Shown here: piece by piece, positions 7,548 to 16,821 of the stretch
Layout of the letters: every line of letters begins with the position of its first letter
How positions within the stretch are numbered: position 1 is the first letter of the stretch
Assembly: GCA_040387395.1 (NCBI GenBank)
Contig: JAZKDV010000162.1
Coordinates: forward strand, 1-36,903
Source of the DNA: Pseudomonadota bacterium
Lineage (GTDB): Bacteria; Pseudomonadota; Alphaproteobacteria; Micropepsales; Micropepsaceae
Reading direction: 5' to 3'
DNA: 36,903 nt
Translations under genes and position numbers: made by a program
The notes under the pieces: model-generated
Database searches by the model: none
The model's input: only the letters and a program-made list of their open reading frames with translations
Told to the model about the DNA's origin: nothing

Positions 7548-8336
7548 TTACGACCCCAACCTTGCGGTGTTCTGCAGCATCTGGTCGGCGGCAGAGACAA
7601 CCTTGGAATTCATTTCATAGGCGCGCTGGGCGGTGATCAGCGCCGTGATCTCGTCGACCGAGTTCACGTTCGAGGTTTCCAGGAAACCCTGCTGCAGGGT
7701 GCCGTAGCCGGTGGAGCCCGGCACGCCGGCCTGGGGCGAACCCGATGCGGCGGTTTCCAGATAGAGATTGCCGCCGACCGCGTTCAGGCCCGCCTCGTTG
7801 GGGAAGCGCGTCAGTTCGAGCTGGCCGACCGTGGTGGGTTCGGCCTGGCCGGCAACGCTGGCATTGACCTGGCCCTGGGCGTTGATCTGCACCGACAGGG
7901 TGTTCTGCGGAATGGCGATGCCCGGCTGCACGACCAACCCGTCCTGGGTGACGAGCTGGCCCTGGGGCGAAAGACCGAAATTGCCGGCGCGGGTATAGCC
8001 GTCGGTGCCGTCGGCCTGCTGGATGCGGAAGTAGCCCGCGCCCTGGATGGCGACGTCATAGGGATTGGAGGTGCTCTTCAGGTCGCCCTGGGTGGTGACG
8101 CGGTAGATCGCGCTCATGCGCACACCCGCGCCAATCTGCACGCCCGAGGGCGCGTAGGTGCCAGTGTCCGAGGTCTGGGCCCCCGGGGTCTGGATGTTCT
8201 GGTAGAGCAGGTCCTGGAATTCGGCCCGCTGCTGCTTGAAGCCGGTGGTGTTCATGTTCGCCAGGTTGTTGGCGATGACTTCGACATTGGTCTGCTGGGC
8301 GAGCATGCCAGTCGAGGCGATGGAAAGAGCGCGCAT
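7548..8336 (-). CDS. flgG: Flagellar distal rod protein FlgG
   Basis: MRALSIASTGMLAQQ..IANNLANMNTTGFK, FQDLLYQ, GFLETSNVN.V.E...LITAQRAYEMNSK. Confidence 0.97.
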   Translation of the reverse strand: MRALSIASTGMLAQQTNVEVIANNLANMNTTGFKQQRAEFQDLLYQNIQTPGAQTSDTGTYAPSGVQIGAGVRMSAIYRVTTQGDLKSTSNPYDVAIQGAGYFRIQQADGTDGYTRAGNFGLSPQGQLVTQDGLVVQPGIAIPQNTLSVQINAQGQVNASVAGQAEPTTVGQLELTRFPNEAGLNAVGGNLYLETAASGSPQAGVPGSTGYGTLQQGFLETSNVNSVDEITALITAQRAYEMNSKVVSAADQMLQNTARLGS

Positions 8337-8348
8337 GTTGGAATCTCC

Positions 8349-9086
8349 TTACGGCATACGACCAAGCTTCTCGATAGCCTGGCGTTTGAGGTCTTCGTGG
8401 GACTTGGACAGCGTGGCGGTCGCTTCGTAAGAGCGCATCACCTCGATCATCCGGCTGATTTCGATCACCGGCTGGACGTTGGAGCTTTCCAGCATCTTCT
8501 GCTTCAGGCTGGTGGCGGTGGGCACGATGGCGGCCTGGTCGGTGGAATAGAGATTGCCGCCATGCTTGGTCATGCCGGTGGCGGTATCGGCGAAATCGAC
8601 GATGCGGATCTTGGCGAGCTGGCCGGTCTTGCCGCTGAGCGTGCCATCCTGCGCGATAGCGATGTCGCCATCATCGGGGGTGATGGTGATGGCGCCGCCA
8701 TCGCCCTGCAGGGCATGACCGTCGGTGGTGACGATCTGGCCGTTGGCGTCCAGGTTGAAATGGCCGTCGCGGGTGTAGCGCAGCCCGGCGGGCGTCTGCA
8801 CAACGAAATAGCCCTTGCCGGAGATCGCCACGTCATACATGGCGCCGGTGCGCTCGATGTTGCCCTGGCTGGTGTCGCGCAGGATGCCGGCATCCTTGAC
8901 GAAGCTGACGGGCTGCATGCCGGTCTGGCCCTCGGCGGGACGCATCTGGCTGATATATTCTTCGAATTTGGCGGCTTCGCGCTTGAAGCCCGGCGTCGAG
9001 GCGTTCGCGATATTGTTCGCGATCACGTCTATCGCGCGATAGGCGGCGAGCTGCTGCGAAAGACTAACGAGAAGTGAATTATCCAT
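8349..9086 (-). CDS. flgF: Flagellar proximal rod protein FlgF
   Basis: IANNIANASTPGFK, YTRDGHF, LESSNVQPV.E; start ATG 9086. Confidence 0.95.
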   Translation of the reverse strand: MDNSLLVSLSQQLAAYRAIDVIANNIANASTPGFKREAAKFEEYISQMRPAEGQTGMQPVSFVKDAGILRDTSQGNIERTGAMYDVAISGKGYFVVQTPAGLRYTRDGHFNLDANGQIVTTDGHALQGDGGAITITPDDGDIAIAQDGTLSGKTGQLAKIRIVDFADTATGMTKHGGNLYSTDQAAIVPTATSLKQKMLESSNVQPVIEISRMIEVMRSYEATATLSKSHEDLKRQAIEKLGRMP

Positions 9087-9123
9087 GGCCGACGGATCCT
9101 TTCTGGTCCGACGCAACCAACAG

Positions 9124-9139
9124 TGCAGCCGCCATGCCA
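9124..9139 (-). promoter_or_regulatory. Sigma-54 (-24/-12) promoter of flgFGAH
   Basis: Minus strand TGGCATGGCGGCTGCA (GG-N10-GC), about 37 nt upstream of flgF. Confidence 0.75.
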
Positions 9140-9188
9140 GCGGGAAATCCCCGTTTTATTGATGTTTTCGCGCATGCCGGAAGCGACG

Positions 9189-9205
9189 CGGAAATTCTTG
9201 CCGGG
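9189..9205 (-). promoter_or_regulatory. ftr-like enhancer (FlbD-binding site) for flgF
   Basis: Minus strand CCCGGCAAGAATTTCCG; a second half-site CCCGGCAA at 9220-9227; upstream of the sigma-54 site. Confidence 0.55.
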
Positions 9206-9229
9206 CGTTTGACGCCCCACCCGGCAATT

Positions 9230-9246
9230 TGAACCACTCCTTAACC
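9230..9246 (+). promoter_or_regulatory. CtrA-binding site of the fliL promoter
   Basis: TGAA-CCACTCC-TTAACC (1 mismatch); fliL is a CtrA-activated class II gene in Caulobacter. Confidence 0.65.
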
Positions 9247-9294
9247 ACGTTTGCTTACCTTGGCGCGGAGACGAAGAGCGCTGGGAAGAATTCC

Positions 9295-9858
9295 ATGGCC
9301 AATAAAGAGAAAGAAACCGAAGCGGCGGACGGCGAGAACGCCGAAGCCACGGGCGAAGGCGCGGATGCCGCGCCGAAGAAAGGTTTTGGTAAGATTCTCG
9401 GCATGCTCAAGAGCAAGAAGATGCTGATGTTCGGCGTCCCGGCTCTTGTGGTGCTTCTGGGCGGCGGCGGCGCCGGCGCCTACTTCTTTATGGGCGGCAG
9501 CCACGACGAAGGCGCGGCCGAGCATGTGGAAGAAGTGCCCCTGACCCCACCCAAGGTCGCCTTCAGCGACATGCAGGACATCCTGGTCAATATCCAGAGC
9601 AGCGACGGCACCCCCGCCTATCTCAAGCTGGGCGTTTCGCTGGAACTGGACGACGAGGAACAGAAGACCGCGCTGGAGCCGCTGATGCCCCGCATCACCG
9701 ACCAGTTCCAGGCCTATTTGCGCGAACTGCGCCTCGACGACCTGAAGGGTTCGGCCGGCGTGCTGCGCCTGAAGGAAGAGCTGCTGCGCCGCGTCAATGT
9801 GGCCGCCGCTCCCTACAAGGTCCGCGACGTGCTGCTCAAGGAAATGATCGTCCAGTAA
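9295..9858 (+). CDS. fliL: Flagellar basal body-associated protein FliL
   Basis: Single TM with GGGGAGAYFF; ILVN, YLKL.VSLE, PRITD.FQAYLRELR..DL.GSAG, VLLKEMIVQ; start ATG 9295. Confidence 0.95.
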   Translation: MANKEKETEAADGENAEATGEGADAAPKKGFGKILGMLKSKKMLMFGVPALVVLLGGGGAGAYFFMGGSHDEGAAEHVEEVPLTPPKVAFSDMQDILVNIQSSDGTPAYLKLGVSLELDDEEQKTALEPLMPRITDQFQAYLRELRLDDLKGSAGVLRLKEELLRRVNVAAAPYKVRDVLLKEMIVQ

Positions 9859-9909
9859 GCGCCGACGCGCCCATTAAATAAGTGCCTCAAGGATTGAAGG
9901 TCCCAGACC

Positions 9910-10965
9910 ATGGCTGACGAAACCCCCGCCGCCGAAGACACCGCGCCCGATGCGGCTGCCTTTGAAACCACGCCCGAAACCGGCGCAGCCGCCGAACGGG
10001 TTCTGAATCAGGAAGAAATCGACTCGCTTCTGGGTTTTGACGTCGGCGCCGACCAGGCCCAGGACAAGTCCGGCGTCCGCGCCATCATCAATTCGGCGCT
10101 GGTGTCCTATGAACGCCTGCCGATGCTGGAAATCGTCTTCGACCGCCTGGTGCGGCTGATGACCACCTCCTTGCGCAATTTCACCAGCGACAATGTCGAA
10201 GTCAGCCTGGATTCCATCACCTCGATCCGCTTCGGCGACTATCTGAACTCCATTCCCCTGCCCGCCATTCTGGCGGTGTTTCATGCCGAGGAACTGGACA
10301 ATTACGGCCTCTTCACCGTCGATTCCAACCTGATCTATTCGATCGTCGACGTGCTCCTGGGCGGCCGCCGCGGCTCCAGCGCCATGCGCATCGAGGGCCG
10401 TCCCTACACCACCATCGAACGCACCCTGGTCCAGCGCATGATCGAAGTGATCATGCAGGACATGTGCGCCGCGTTCGAACCCCTGGCGCCGGTCAATTTC
10501 AACCTGGACCGCCTGGAAACCAATCCGCGTTTCGCCGCCATCGCGCGCCCCGCCAATGCCGCCATCCTGGTCAAGCTGCGCATCGACATGGAAGACCGTG
10601 GCGGCCGCACCGAATTGCTGCTGCCCTATGCCACGCTGGAGCCGATCCGCAAGCTGCTGCTGCAGCAGTTCATGGGCGAAAAGTTCGGCCGCGACTCGAT
10701 CTGGGAAAGCCATCTGGCGACCGAACTCTGGTCCACCAAGGTCGATATCGAAGCCATCCTGGACGAACAGACCATGCCGCTGAACCAGGTGATGAACCTG
10801 GAAGTCGGCCAGACCATGATGCTGGGCGCCAATCCCGATTCCAAGATTCAGCTGCGCTGCCGCGGCGTGCCGCTGCTCACCGGCCGGATGGGCCGGGTCG
10901 GCGCGAACGTCGCGGTGCGGGTTGACGAAGCCATCGAACGCACGGACGCGTCCCGCGCCCTTTGA
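9910..10965 (+). CDS. fliM: Flagellar motor switch protein FliM
   Basis: CheY-binding peptide RVLNQEEIDSLLG; YERLPMLEIVFDRL; IEGRPYTTIE; C-terminal SpoA domain. Confidence 0.97.
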   Translation: MADETPAAEDTAPDAAAFETTPETGAAAERVLNQEEIDSLLGFDVGADQAQDKSGVRAIINSALVSYERLPMLEIVFDRLVRLMTTSLRNFTSDNVEVSLDSITSIRFGDYLNSIPLPAILAVFHAEELDNYGLFTVDSNLIYSIVDVLLGGRRGSSAMRIEGRPYTTIERTLVQRMIEVIMQDMCAAFEPLAPVNFNLDRLETNPRFAAIARPANAAILVKLRIDMEDRGGRTELLLPYATLEPIRKLLLQQFMGEKFGRDSIWESHLATELWSTKVDIEAILDEQTMPLNQVMNLEVGQTMMLGANPDSKIQLRCRGVPLLTGRMGRVGANVAVRVDEAIERTDASRAL

Positions 10966-10995
10966 TTTCAACGTTTATTTGAAAGAGACACCACC

Positions 10996-11412
10996 GTGAA
11001 CATTCCCATGGACCTGACCTTTTATCTTGAACTGGCGCTGCAGGTGCTGCTGGCCTTCACGCTCTGCTATTGCGTGGTGCTGGAACGCCGCCTGGCCTCC
11101 GTGCGCAAGGGCCAGGAAGGCCTGTCGCGCACCATCGGCGAACTCAACATGGCGATCGCCGGCGCCGGCGCATCGCTCCGCGCCCTGAAATCCGCCGCCG
11201 GTGAAGCCGCCCAGACGCTGGATGAGCGCCTGAAGCGCGCCCGCCTGCATATCGACGAGCTTTCGCTGCTGACCGCGTCGGGCGAACGCATCGCCCAGCG
11301 CATGGAAGCGTCCGCCGCCGCCCCGCGCGTGGCGCGCGAAATTCCCGACATGCCGCTGCCGTCCACCTCGATCCTCAGCCGCCTGAACCGTTCTGAAAGC
11401 GCCGTGCAATGA
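10996..11412 (+). CDS. Small bitopic coiled-coil protein (DUF6468 / PflI-like by position)
   Basis: N-terminal TM then LERRL..VR coiled coil; position after fliM matches the alphaproteobacterial fliLM operon; exact start uncertain. Confidence 0.6.
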   Translation: MNIPMDLTFYLELALQVLLAFTLCYCVVLERRLASVRKGQEGLSRTIGELNMAIAGAGASLRALKSAAGEAAQTLDERLKRARLHIDELSLLTASGERIAQRMEASAAAPRVAREIPDMPLPSTSILSRLNRSESAVQ

Positions 11413-12158
11413 GATTCCCCCGCTATGCCCGCCTTCTGCCGTCCGTCGTCGTGGTCGGCGCCGCCCTCCTGGTGCTGAAGACCAGCGGCTTGGTGCATGA
11501 AGCCTATGCCGAAGCCAGTGAGGCGGCGGTTTCCATGACCAAGGATCCGGTTGCCGCCAATCCCGACTATGCCGGCGGCGCGGACGACGAGCTCGCCTCG
11601 GCCAGCGAAGTCAACGTGGTCAATGCCCTGGGCAAGCGCCGCAAGGAACTGGACGCACGCGCCGGAACGCTCACCACCCAGGCCGCCATCATCCAGGCCG
11701 CCGAAAAGCGTGTCGACGCCAAGATCGTCCAGTTGCAGCAGCTTCAGTCCAAGATCACCGCTCTCCTGCAGCAGCGCGACGACGCCCAGAAGGCGCAGGT
11801 CGCGGCGCTGGTGAAGACCTATGCCGCCATGAAGTCCAAGGACGCGGCGCGCATTTTCAGCAACCTGCCCGACGATGTGCTGATGTCGGTGGCGCAGGAA
11901 ATGAAATCCGACGTGCTGGCCCCGATCATGGCCAGCATGAATCCGGAAAGCGCCCAGAAGCTGACGGTGAAGCTGGCCAACCGCCTGACCCTGCCGCAGA
12001 CCACCGATGCGCCGGCCCCGGCCCCCGCCCCGGTGGCCGCGCCCCAGGATGCCGCCGCCGCCACCCCGGCCGCTGCGGCCCCCGGCACCCAAGCCGCCGC
12101 CGCGCCCAAGCCGGCGACCCCTGCTGCGACGGAAAATGCTGAAAAACCAAAGACTTAG
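11409..12158 (+). CDS. motE: MotE-family periplasmic flagellar motility protein
   Basis: N-terminal hydrophobic anchor, coiled coil, LVKTYAAMKSKDAARIF...IMASMNPESAQKLT (MotE/MgtE_N-like), Pro/Ala-rich tail. Confidence 0.75.
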   Translation: MRFPRYARLLPSVVVVGAALLVLKTSGLVHEAYAEASEAAVSMTKDPVAANPDYAGGADDELASASEVNVVNALGKRRKELDARAGTLTTQAAIIQAAEKRVDAKIVQLQQLQSKITALLQQRDDAQKAQVAALVKTYAAMKSKDAARIFSNLPDDVLMSVAQEMKSDVLAPIMASMNPESAQKLTVKLANRLTLPQTTDAPAPAPAPVAAPQDAAAATPAAAAPGTQAAAAPKPATPAATENAEKPKT

Positions 12159-12162
12159 TTGT

Positions 12163-12178
12163 TTAACCCGAGGTTAAC
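12163..12178 (+). promoter_or_regulatory. CtrA-binding site (perfect consensus)
   Basis: TTAA-CCCGAGG-TTAAC upstream of the large TPR gene. Confidence 0.8.
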
Positions 12179-12218
12179 GCGACCCCGCGATTATAGAGTG
12201 AGAAGGGGAGCAGTTTCG

Positions 12219-15200
12219 TTGATCCGCACGGTCCGCAGCATCGCATTGGTGATGGCGCTTGGCGTCAGCGCACCGGCATGGGCCGACAGCGTCAGCGGCG
12301 CGACGCAGGACGGTTATGGCCGGCTGAGTTTTTCGATTCCCGCCACCACCAAGGTCAGCGCCACCACCACCGGCGGCGTGCTGGCCATCAGCTTCAGCGC
12401 CAAGACCGATGTTGATCCCGCGGCGATCACCGCCGCCCTCCCGCGCCTGATCTCCAGTGGCCGCGCCGATGAAGACGGCAAGACCTTGCGCTTCACCCTC
12501 AGCCAGCCGGTCAAGCTGCATGTCAGCCAGCTTGGCGCGCGCGCCGTGGTGGATGTCGCGCCGACGAATTTCACCGGCGTGATGCCGGACCTGGTGGCGC
12601 CGCCCAAGGTAGCGCCCAAGCCGCTGGACATGGCCAGCCTGCCGGAAATCAAGCTGCGCACCGGTTCCTATGAAAAATTCACCCGGCTGGTGTTCGACTG
12701 GCCGCAGAATGTTTCCTACCAGGTGTTTCCCGGCGCGGGAAAAATGAGCATCCGCTTCGCCGCCCAGGCGCGCGCCGACGTTTCGGTGATCGCGCGGCTG
12801 GCGCCGCCCTGGGTAAAGAATGCCGCCTGGCGCCTCGACGGCCAGAGCATGCTGGTGGAGTTCGATACCGACTCCGATTCCGGCTATCACCATTTCCGCG
12901 ACGGCAACAAGATCGTGCTGGATATCCTGGCGCCCAAGACCGACGTCGCGGCCTACGCGCCGCCGGGCACCGCCAAGCCCGTCGCCACCAAGATGGCCGC
13001 CAAGACGGATGCGAAAGTGGCGGCCGGACCCGTCAGCAAGGCGCAGGCCGAAAGCATCGCCCAGACCGCCGCCGCCGTCAGCGGCAAGAAGCCGGACGCC
13101 AAGCCTGATGCAAAATCTGGCGCCAAGCCCGAAATCAAGACCGCCGAGGCCAAGCCGGCCGAGGTAAAACCCGCAGAAACGCAAACGGCCGAAGCCGCGC
13201 CTCCGGTTCCGGACGTGCCGGTGGCCGATGGCAAGCGCACCCGCGATGGCGCATTGATCACGTTCAAGGGCGCGGGCGGCCGCGCCACCGCCGTGTTCGT
13301 GCGCGGCCTCACCGCCTGGGTGGTGCTGGAAAACGCTCCCAACTTCGATTCCCGCAACCTGAAAACCACGCTGGGCGATTTCGCCGAACGCCTGGATGCG
13401 GTTTCGAGCAACGGTCTGGGCATTCTGCGCGTCACCCTGAAGGCCCCGGCGCAGATCGGCGCGCGCGGCAAGGGCCCCGACCTGGAAGTCGAGATCGCGC
13501 CCCAGGTTGCGCCCGCCCCGGTGGTCATCGGTTTCGCCCGCAACCAGTCCGATCCCAAGCGCGCCTCGCTCTCGACCTTGCTGCCCGCCGCCGACCGCGC
13601 CTTCCAGCTTCTGGATCCGGACAGCGGCGACATGCTGACCATCGTTCCGGCGGCGCCGGGCCGCGGCATGCCCAATATCCGCGTCTTCGCCGATTTCGCC
13701 GCCTTGCCCACCGCCAGCGGCCTTGTGATCACGCCCTATGTCGACGATCTGAAAGTGGATGTGGCGCAGGCGCGGGTGGTGATTTCGCGCCCCGCCGGCA
13801 TGGCGCTGACCCCGCCGCAAATGCCGCTGGGCCAAAGCCCTTCGGCCATGGCGCGCTTCGGCAACGGGCCGTCCTATCTGAATTTCGCCAAATGGGGCGT
13901 CGCCAGCGGCGGCAGTTTCCTGGCCACCGAACGCCGCCTGACCCAGGCCGCGGCGCGGCAGTCCTCCGCCAAGGCCGGCGCGGCGCGGCTGGAACTGGCG
14001 CGCTTCTATCTTGCCAACGGCTTTGCCGCCGAAGCGCTGGGCGTGATCAACCTGCTGCAGACCAACGATCCGGCCTTAATGGGTGATGCCCAGCTCGCCA
14101 CCATGCGCGCGGCCGCCGCTTACATGATGGGCCGTTATCGCGACGCCCATAACGAACTCAGCGGCGCGGCGTTTGACGCCGACCGTCACGCTGCCTTCTG
14201 GCGCGGCCTGACCGATGCCGGCATGGAAAACTGGAAAAGCGCCCACCTGCACCTGCAGCGCGCCAGCCTGGTGCTCGACCGCTATCCCGCCCTCTGGCAG
14301 GCCACGGCACATCTGGCCGATGCCGAGGCCGCGCTGGGCATGGGCCGCCTCGATCTTGCCGATGCGGCGCTGAGCCGCCTGCCCAAGGAACTGGAATCGC
14401 GTCAGGCGCTGGTGGCGGAACTGGCGCAGGCGCGGCTGGCCGCGGCGCAGAACAAGTATCGCGCGGCGACCGCGCAGTTCGTCAAGGTCGAGAAAAGCGG
14501 CGACGAGAAGCTGGCGGCGCAGGCGATCTTCCATCACACCAATGCCGCGCTGAACGCCGGCGCCATCACCGTGCCCCAGGCGATCGAAAAGCTGGAAAAG
14601 CTGCGTTTCCGCTGGCGCGGCGACCAGCTGGAAATGAAGACGCTGCGCAAGCTGGCCTCGCTGTATTTCGGGCGCGGCCAGCACCGCGACGGCCTGAAGA
14701 CCTTGCGGGTGGCAACCCAGAATTTCACCGGCCAGGACGCCGCGCGCGTGGCGCAGGACGACATGCGCGCCGCCTTCGTCAAGCTCTATCTGAAGGGCGA
14801 TGCCGACAAGATGAAGCCGGTGGATTCGCTGGCGCTGTTTTACGACAATATCGATCTCACCCCGATCGGGCCGGACGGCGATGACATGATCCGCCGCATG
14901 TCGGACCGGCTGGTGGCGGTGGACCTCTTGGGTCCGGCCGCGAGCTTGCTCGCCTATCAGGTGGACAAGCGCCTGGAAGGCATCGCCAAGGCACAGGTCG
15001 CTACGCGTCTGGCCGCCGTTTATCTGATGGACCACAAGCCGCAGCAGGCGGTGAACGTGATCCGCGGTTCGATGATCACCGGCCTGCCGCAGGAAGAAAT
15101 GCATCAGCGCATGCTGCTGGAAGCGCGCGCCTTCGCCGCGCTCAAGCAATGGGACAATGCGCTGGACCTGATCGCGGTGGACGAATCCGATGACGCCCGA

Positions 15201-15566
15201 CGCCTGCGCGCCGACATCTATTGGGAAAGCGGCAACTGGGCGATCGCCGGACAGAAGGCGGAAGAACTGGTGGAACCGCGCTGGGCCGATGCAACCCCGC
15301 TATCGATCACCGACCGCGCCCATGTGCTGCGCGCCGCCGTCGCCTATTCGCTGGCCAGCGACCAGGCGGGGCTGGAGCGCATCCGCACCCATTTCACGCC
15401 CAAGATGAAGAATACGCCCGACGGCAACCTGTTCGCGGTTCTGTCGGCCAGCATCGACGCCCATGGCCTGGCCTTCCGCGAAGCTGCCGCCAAGATCGCG
15501 GCGGTGGACACGCTGCAGTCCTTCATGAAGGACTTCAGCAAGCGCCACGCGGATGTGAAGAGCTAG
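12219..15566 (+). CDS. Large periplasmic TPR-like protein of the fliLM-motE locus
   Basis: TTG start after AAGGGGAG RBS; signal peptide (APAWA|D); N-terminal beta domains (FTRLVFDW), Lys/Pro/Ala linker, long helical repeat region (LARFYLANGFAAEALG; RFRWRGD; LADRL-like MSDRLVAVDLL). Confidence 0.8.
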   Translation: MIRTVRSIALVMALGVSAPAWADSVSGATQDGYGRLSFSIPATTKVSATTTGGVLAISFSAKTDVDPAAITAALPRLISSGRADEDGKTLRFTLSQPVKLHVSQLGARAVVDVAPTNFTGVMPDLVAPPKVAPKPLDMASLPEIKLRTGSYEKFTRLVFDWPQNVSYQVFPGAGKMSIRFAAQARADVSVIARLAPPWVKNAAWRLDGQSMLVEFDTDSDSGYHHFRDGNKIVLDILAPKTDVAAYAPPGTAKPVATKMAAKTDAKVAAGPVSKAQAESIAQTAAAVSGKKPDAKPDAKSGAKPEIKTAEAKPAEVKPAETQTAEAAPPVPDVPVADGKRTRDGALITFKGAGGRATAVFVRGLTAWVVLENAPNFDSRNLKTTLGDFAERLDAVSSNGLGILRVTLKAPAQIGARGKGPDLEVEIAPQVAPAPVVIGFARNQSDPKRASLSTLLPAADRAFQLLDPDSGDMLTIVPAAPGRGMPNIRVFADFAALPTASGLVITPYVDDLKVDVAQARVVISRPAGMALTPPQMPLGQSPSAMARFGNGPSYLNFAKWGVASGGSFLATERRLTQAAARQSSAKAGAARLELARFYLANGFAAEALGVINLLQTNDPALMGDAQLATMRAAAAYMMGRYRDAHNELSGAAFDADRHAAFWRGLTDAGMENWKSAHLHLQRASLVLDRYPALWQATAHLADAEAALGMGRLDLADAALSRLPKELESRQALVAELAQARLAAAQNKYRAATAQFVKVEKSGDEKLAAQAIFHHTNAALNAGAITVPQAIEKLEKLRFRWRGDQLEMKTLRKLASLYFGRGQHRDGLKTLRVATQNFTGQDAARVAQDDMRAAFVKLYLKGDADKMKPVDSLALFYDNIDLTPIGPDGDDMIRRMSDRLVAVDLLGPAASLLAYQVDKRLEGIAKAQVATRLAAVYLMDHKPQQAVNVIRGSMITGLPQEEMHQRMLLEARAFAALKQWDNALDLIAVDESDDARRLRADIYWESGNWAIAGQKAEELVEPRWADATPLSITDRAHVLRAAVAYSLASDQAGLERIRTHFTPKMKNTPDGNLFAVLSASIDAHGLAFREAAAKIAAVDTLQSFMKDFSKRHADVKS

Positions 15567-16327
15567 AGCTTATTCTGCTTTAGCCAGCCCAAGGCACGTT
15601 CGACCAGCTTTTCCCAACCCGGTTCGCCGATCAGCCAATGGCCCAAGCCCGGCAGCACTTCCGCCGTGGCGCGGTCACCATACAGCGCGGCGATGCGCGC
15701 CACGGTGCTGGGCGGATTGATGCGATCCTCGCTGCCTGTCAGGAACAGCAGCGGCGCGGTGACCGCCTCGGCCTCCACGGCGCTGGCGTGATTCATGTCC
15801 AGCGCCCAGTTCATCACCTCGAAGGTGGCGCGCCCGGATTCCGGCACGAAGCGGTCATAGACCGCGTCGCGCGTGCTTTTGGGCAGCTTGTCCAGCGAAT
15901 GCGCTAAGGCGATATCGCGCTGCGGTTCCAGAAGCTGATTCCAATAGCCGGGCCGCAGATGCATGGACTGGGCGGCACCGATCTCGAACAGGGTGGTGGG
16001 CGAGACGCCCCAGGGCGGCGACGGCGCCAATAAAACAAGCGCGGCGACTTTCGTGCGCGCGGCCAGCATCTGGGCCAGCAAGCCGCCCATGGAATGGCCC
16101 ACCAGAATGGGCGGGGCCTTGAGCGCGGCTATCTCTTCTTCCAGGTCCGCCGCGTAATCGGCCAGCCCGGTGGTGCCGAGCGCCTTGGGCGCGGGGTTTA
16201 TGTCGTGAAAGCGCAGGGGCGGCGCGGTGACGGCATAGCCGGCCGCTTCGAATTTCTCCTTGAGACCGTCCAATGACCAGGGACCGCAAAAGGCGCCATG
16301 GATCATCAGGACCGGGGATTTCTTCAT
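15563..16327 (-). CDS. Alpha/beta-fold hydrolase
   Basis: IHGAF oxyanion motif, GHSMGG nucleophile elbow, GSED acid, GLGHW His; ATG 16327 overlaps the rppH stop. Confidence 0.9.
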   Translation of the reverse strand: MKKSPVLMIHGAFCGPWSLDGLKEKFEAAGYAVTAPPLRFHDINPAPKALGTTGLADYAADLEEEIAALKAPPILVGHSMGGLLAQMLAARTKVAALVLLAPSPPWGVSPTTLFEIGAAQSMHLRPGYWNQLLEPQRDIALAHSLDKLPKSTRDAVYDRFVPESGRATFEVMNWALDMNHASAVEAEAVTAPLLFLTGSEDRINPPSTVARIAALYGDRATAEVLPGLGHWLIGEPGWEKLVERALGWLKQNKL

Positions 16328-16788
16328 GCGTATTTCCCGAGCGCCGCGATCACGCTGCGATAGGTGTCGCGCTTGAAGGCGACGATCAGCGCCGGCAGGT
16401 TCTCCAGGCTGACCCATTGAAAGGCGGAAAATTCCGGCTCATGGGAGGCCAGGTCGATGTCGCGATCCTCGCCGGTGAAACGCAGGGCGAACCATTTCTG
16501 GCGCTGGCCCTTGTACTTGCCATGAAAGGCGACGCCGATCAGATGGACCGGCAGGTCATAAGTGACCCAGTCTTCCATCTCGCCCAGGATCTCGGCCTTG
16601 TCGGTGCCGACTTCTTCCTGAAGTTCGCGCAGGGCCGCCTGTTTGGGCGTTTCGCCCTTGTCGATGCCGCCCTGCGGCATCTGCCAGCCTTCCACGGTCT
16701 GGTCGATGCGCTTGCCGACGAACACCTCGCCGTTCTTGTTGAACAGCATGATGCCGACGCACGGCCGGTAGGGCAGATCGGAAGACAT
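16324..16788 (-). CDS. rppH: RNA pyrophosphohydrolase RppH (NudH)
   Basis: YRPCVGIML, Nudix box WQMPQGGIDKGE...AALRELQEEVG, GQRQKWF, PEF..FQWV, FKR..Y. Confidence 0.95.
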   Translation of the reverse strand: MSSDLPYRPCVGIMLFNKNGEVFVGKRIDQTVEGWQMPQGGIDKGETPKQAALRELQEEVGTDKAEILGEMEDWVTYDLPVHLIGVAFHGKYKGQRQKWFALRFTGEDRDIDLASHEPEFSAFQWVSLENLPALIVAFKRDTYRSVIAALGKYA

Positions 16789-16821
16789 ATTCCCCTGAAC
16801 GTTACGGGCGCTGAGCGCCTG

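Noticed and set aside
7542-9077. 511-aa plus-strand ORF
   Set aside because: Antisense shadow of flgG/flgF.
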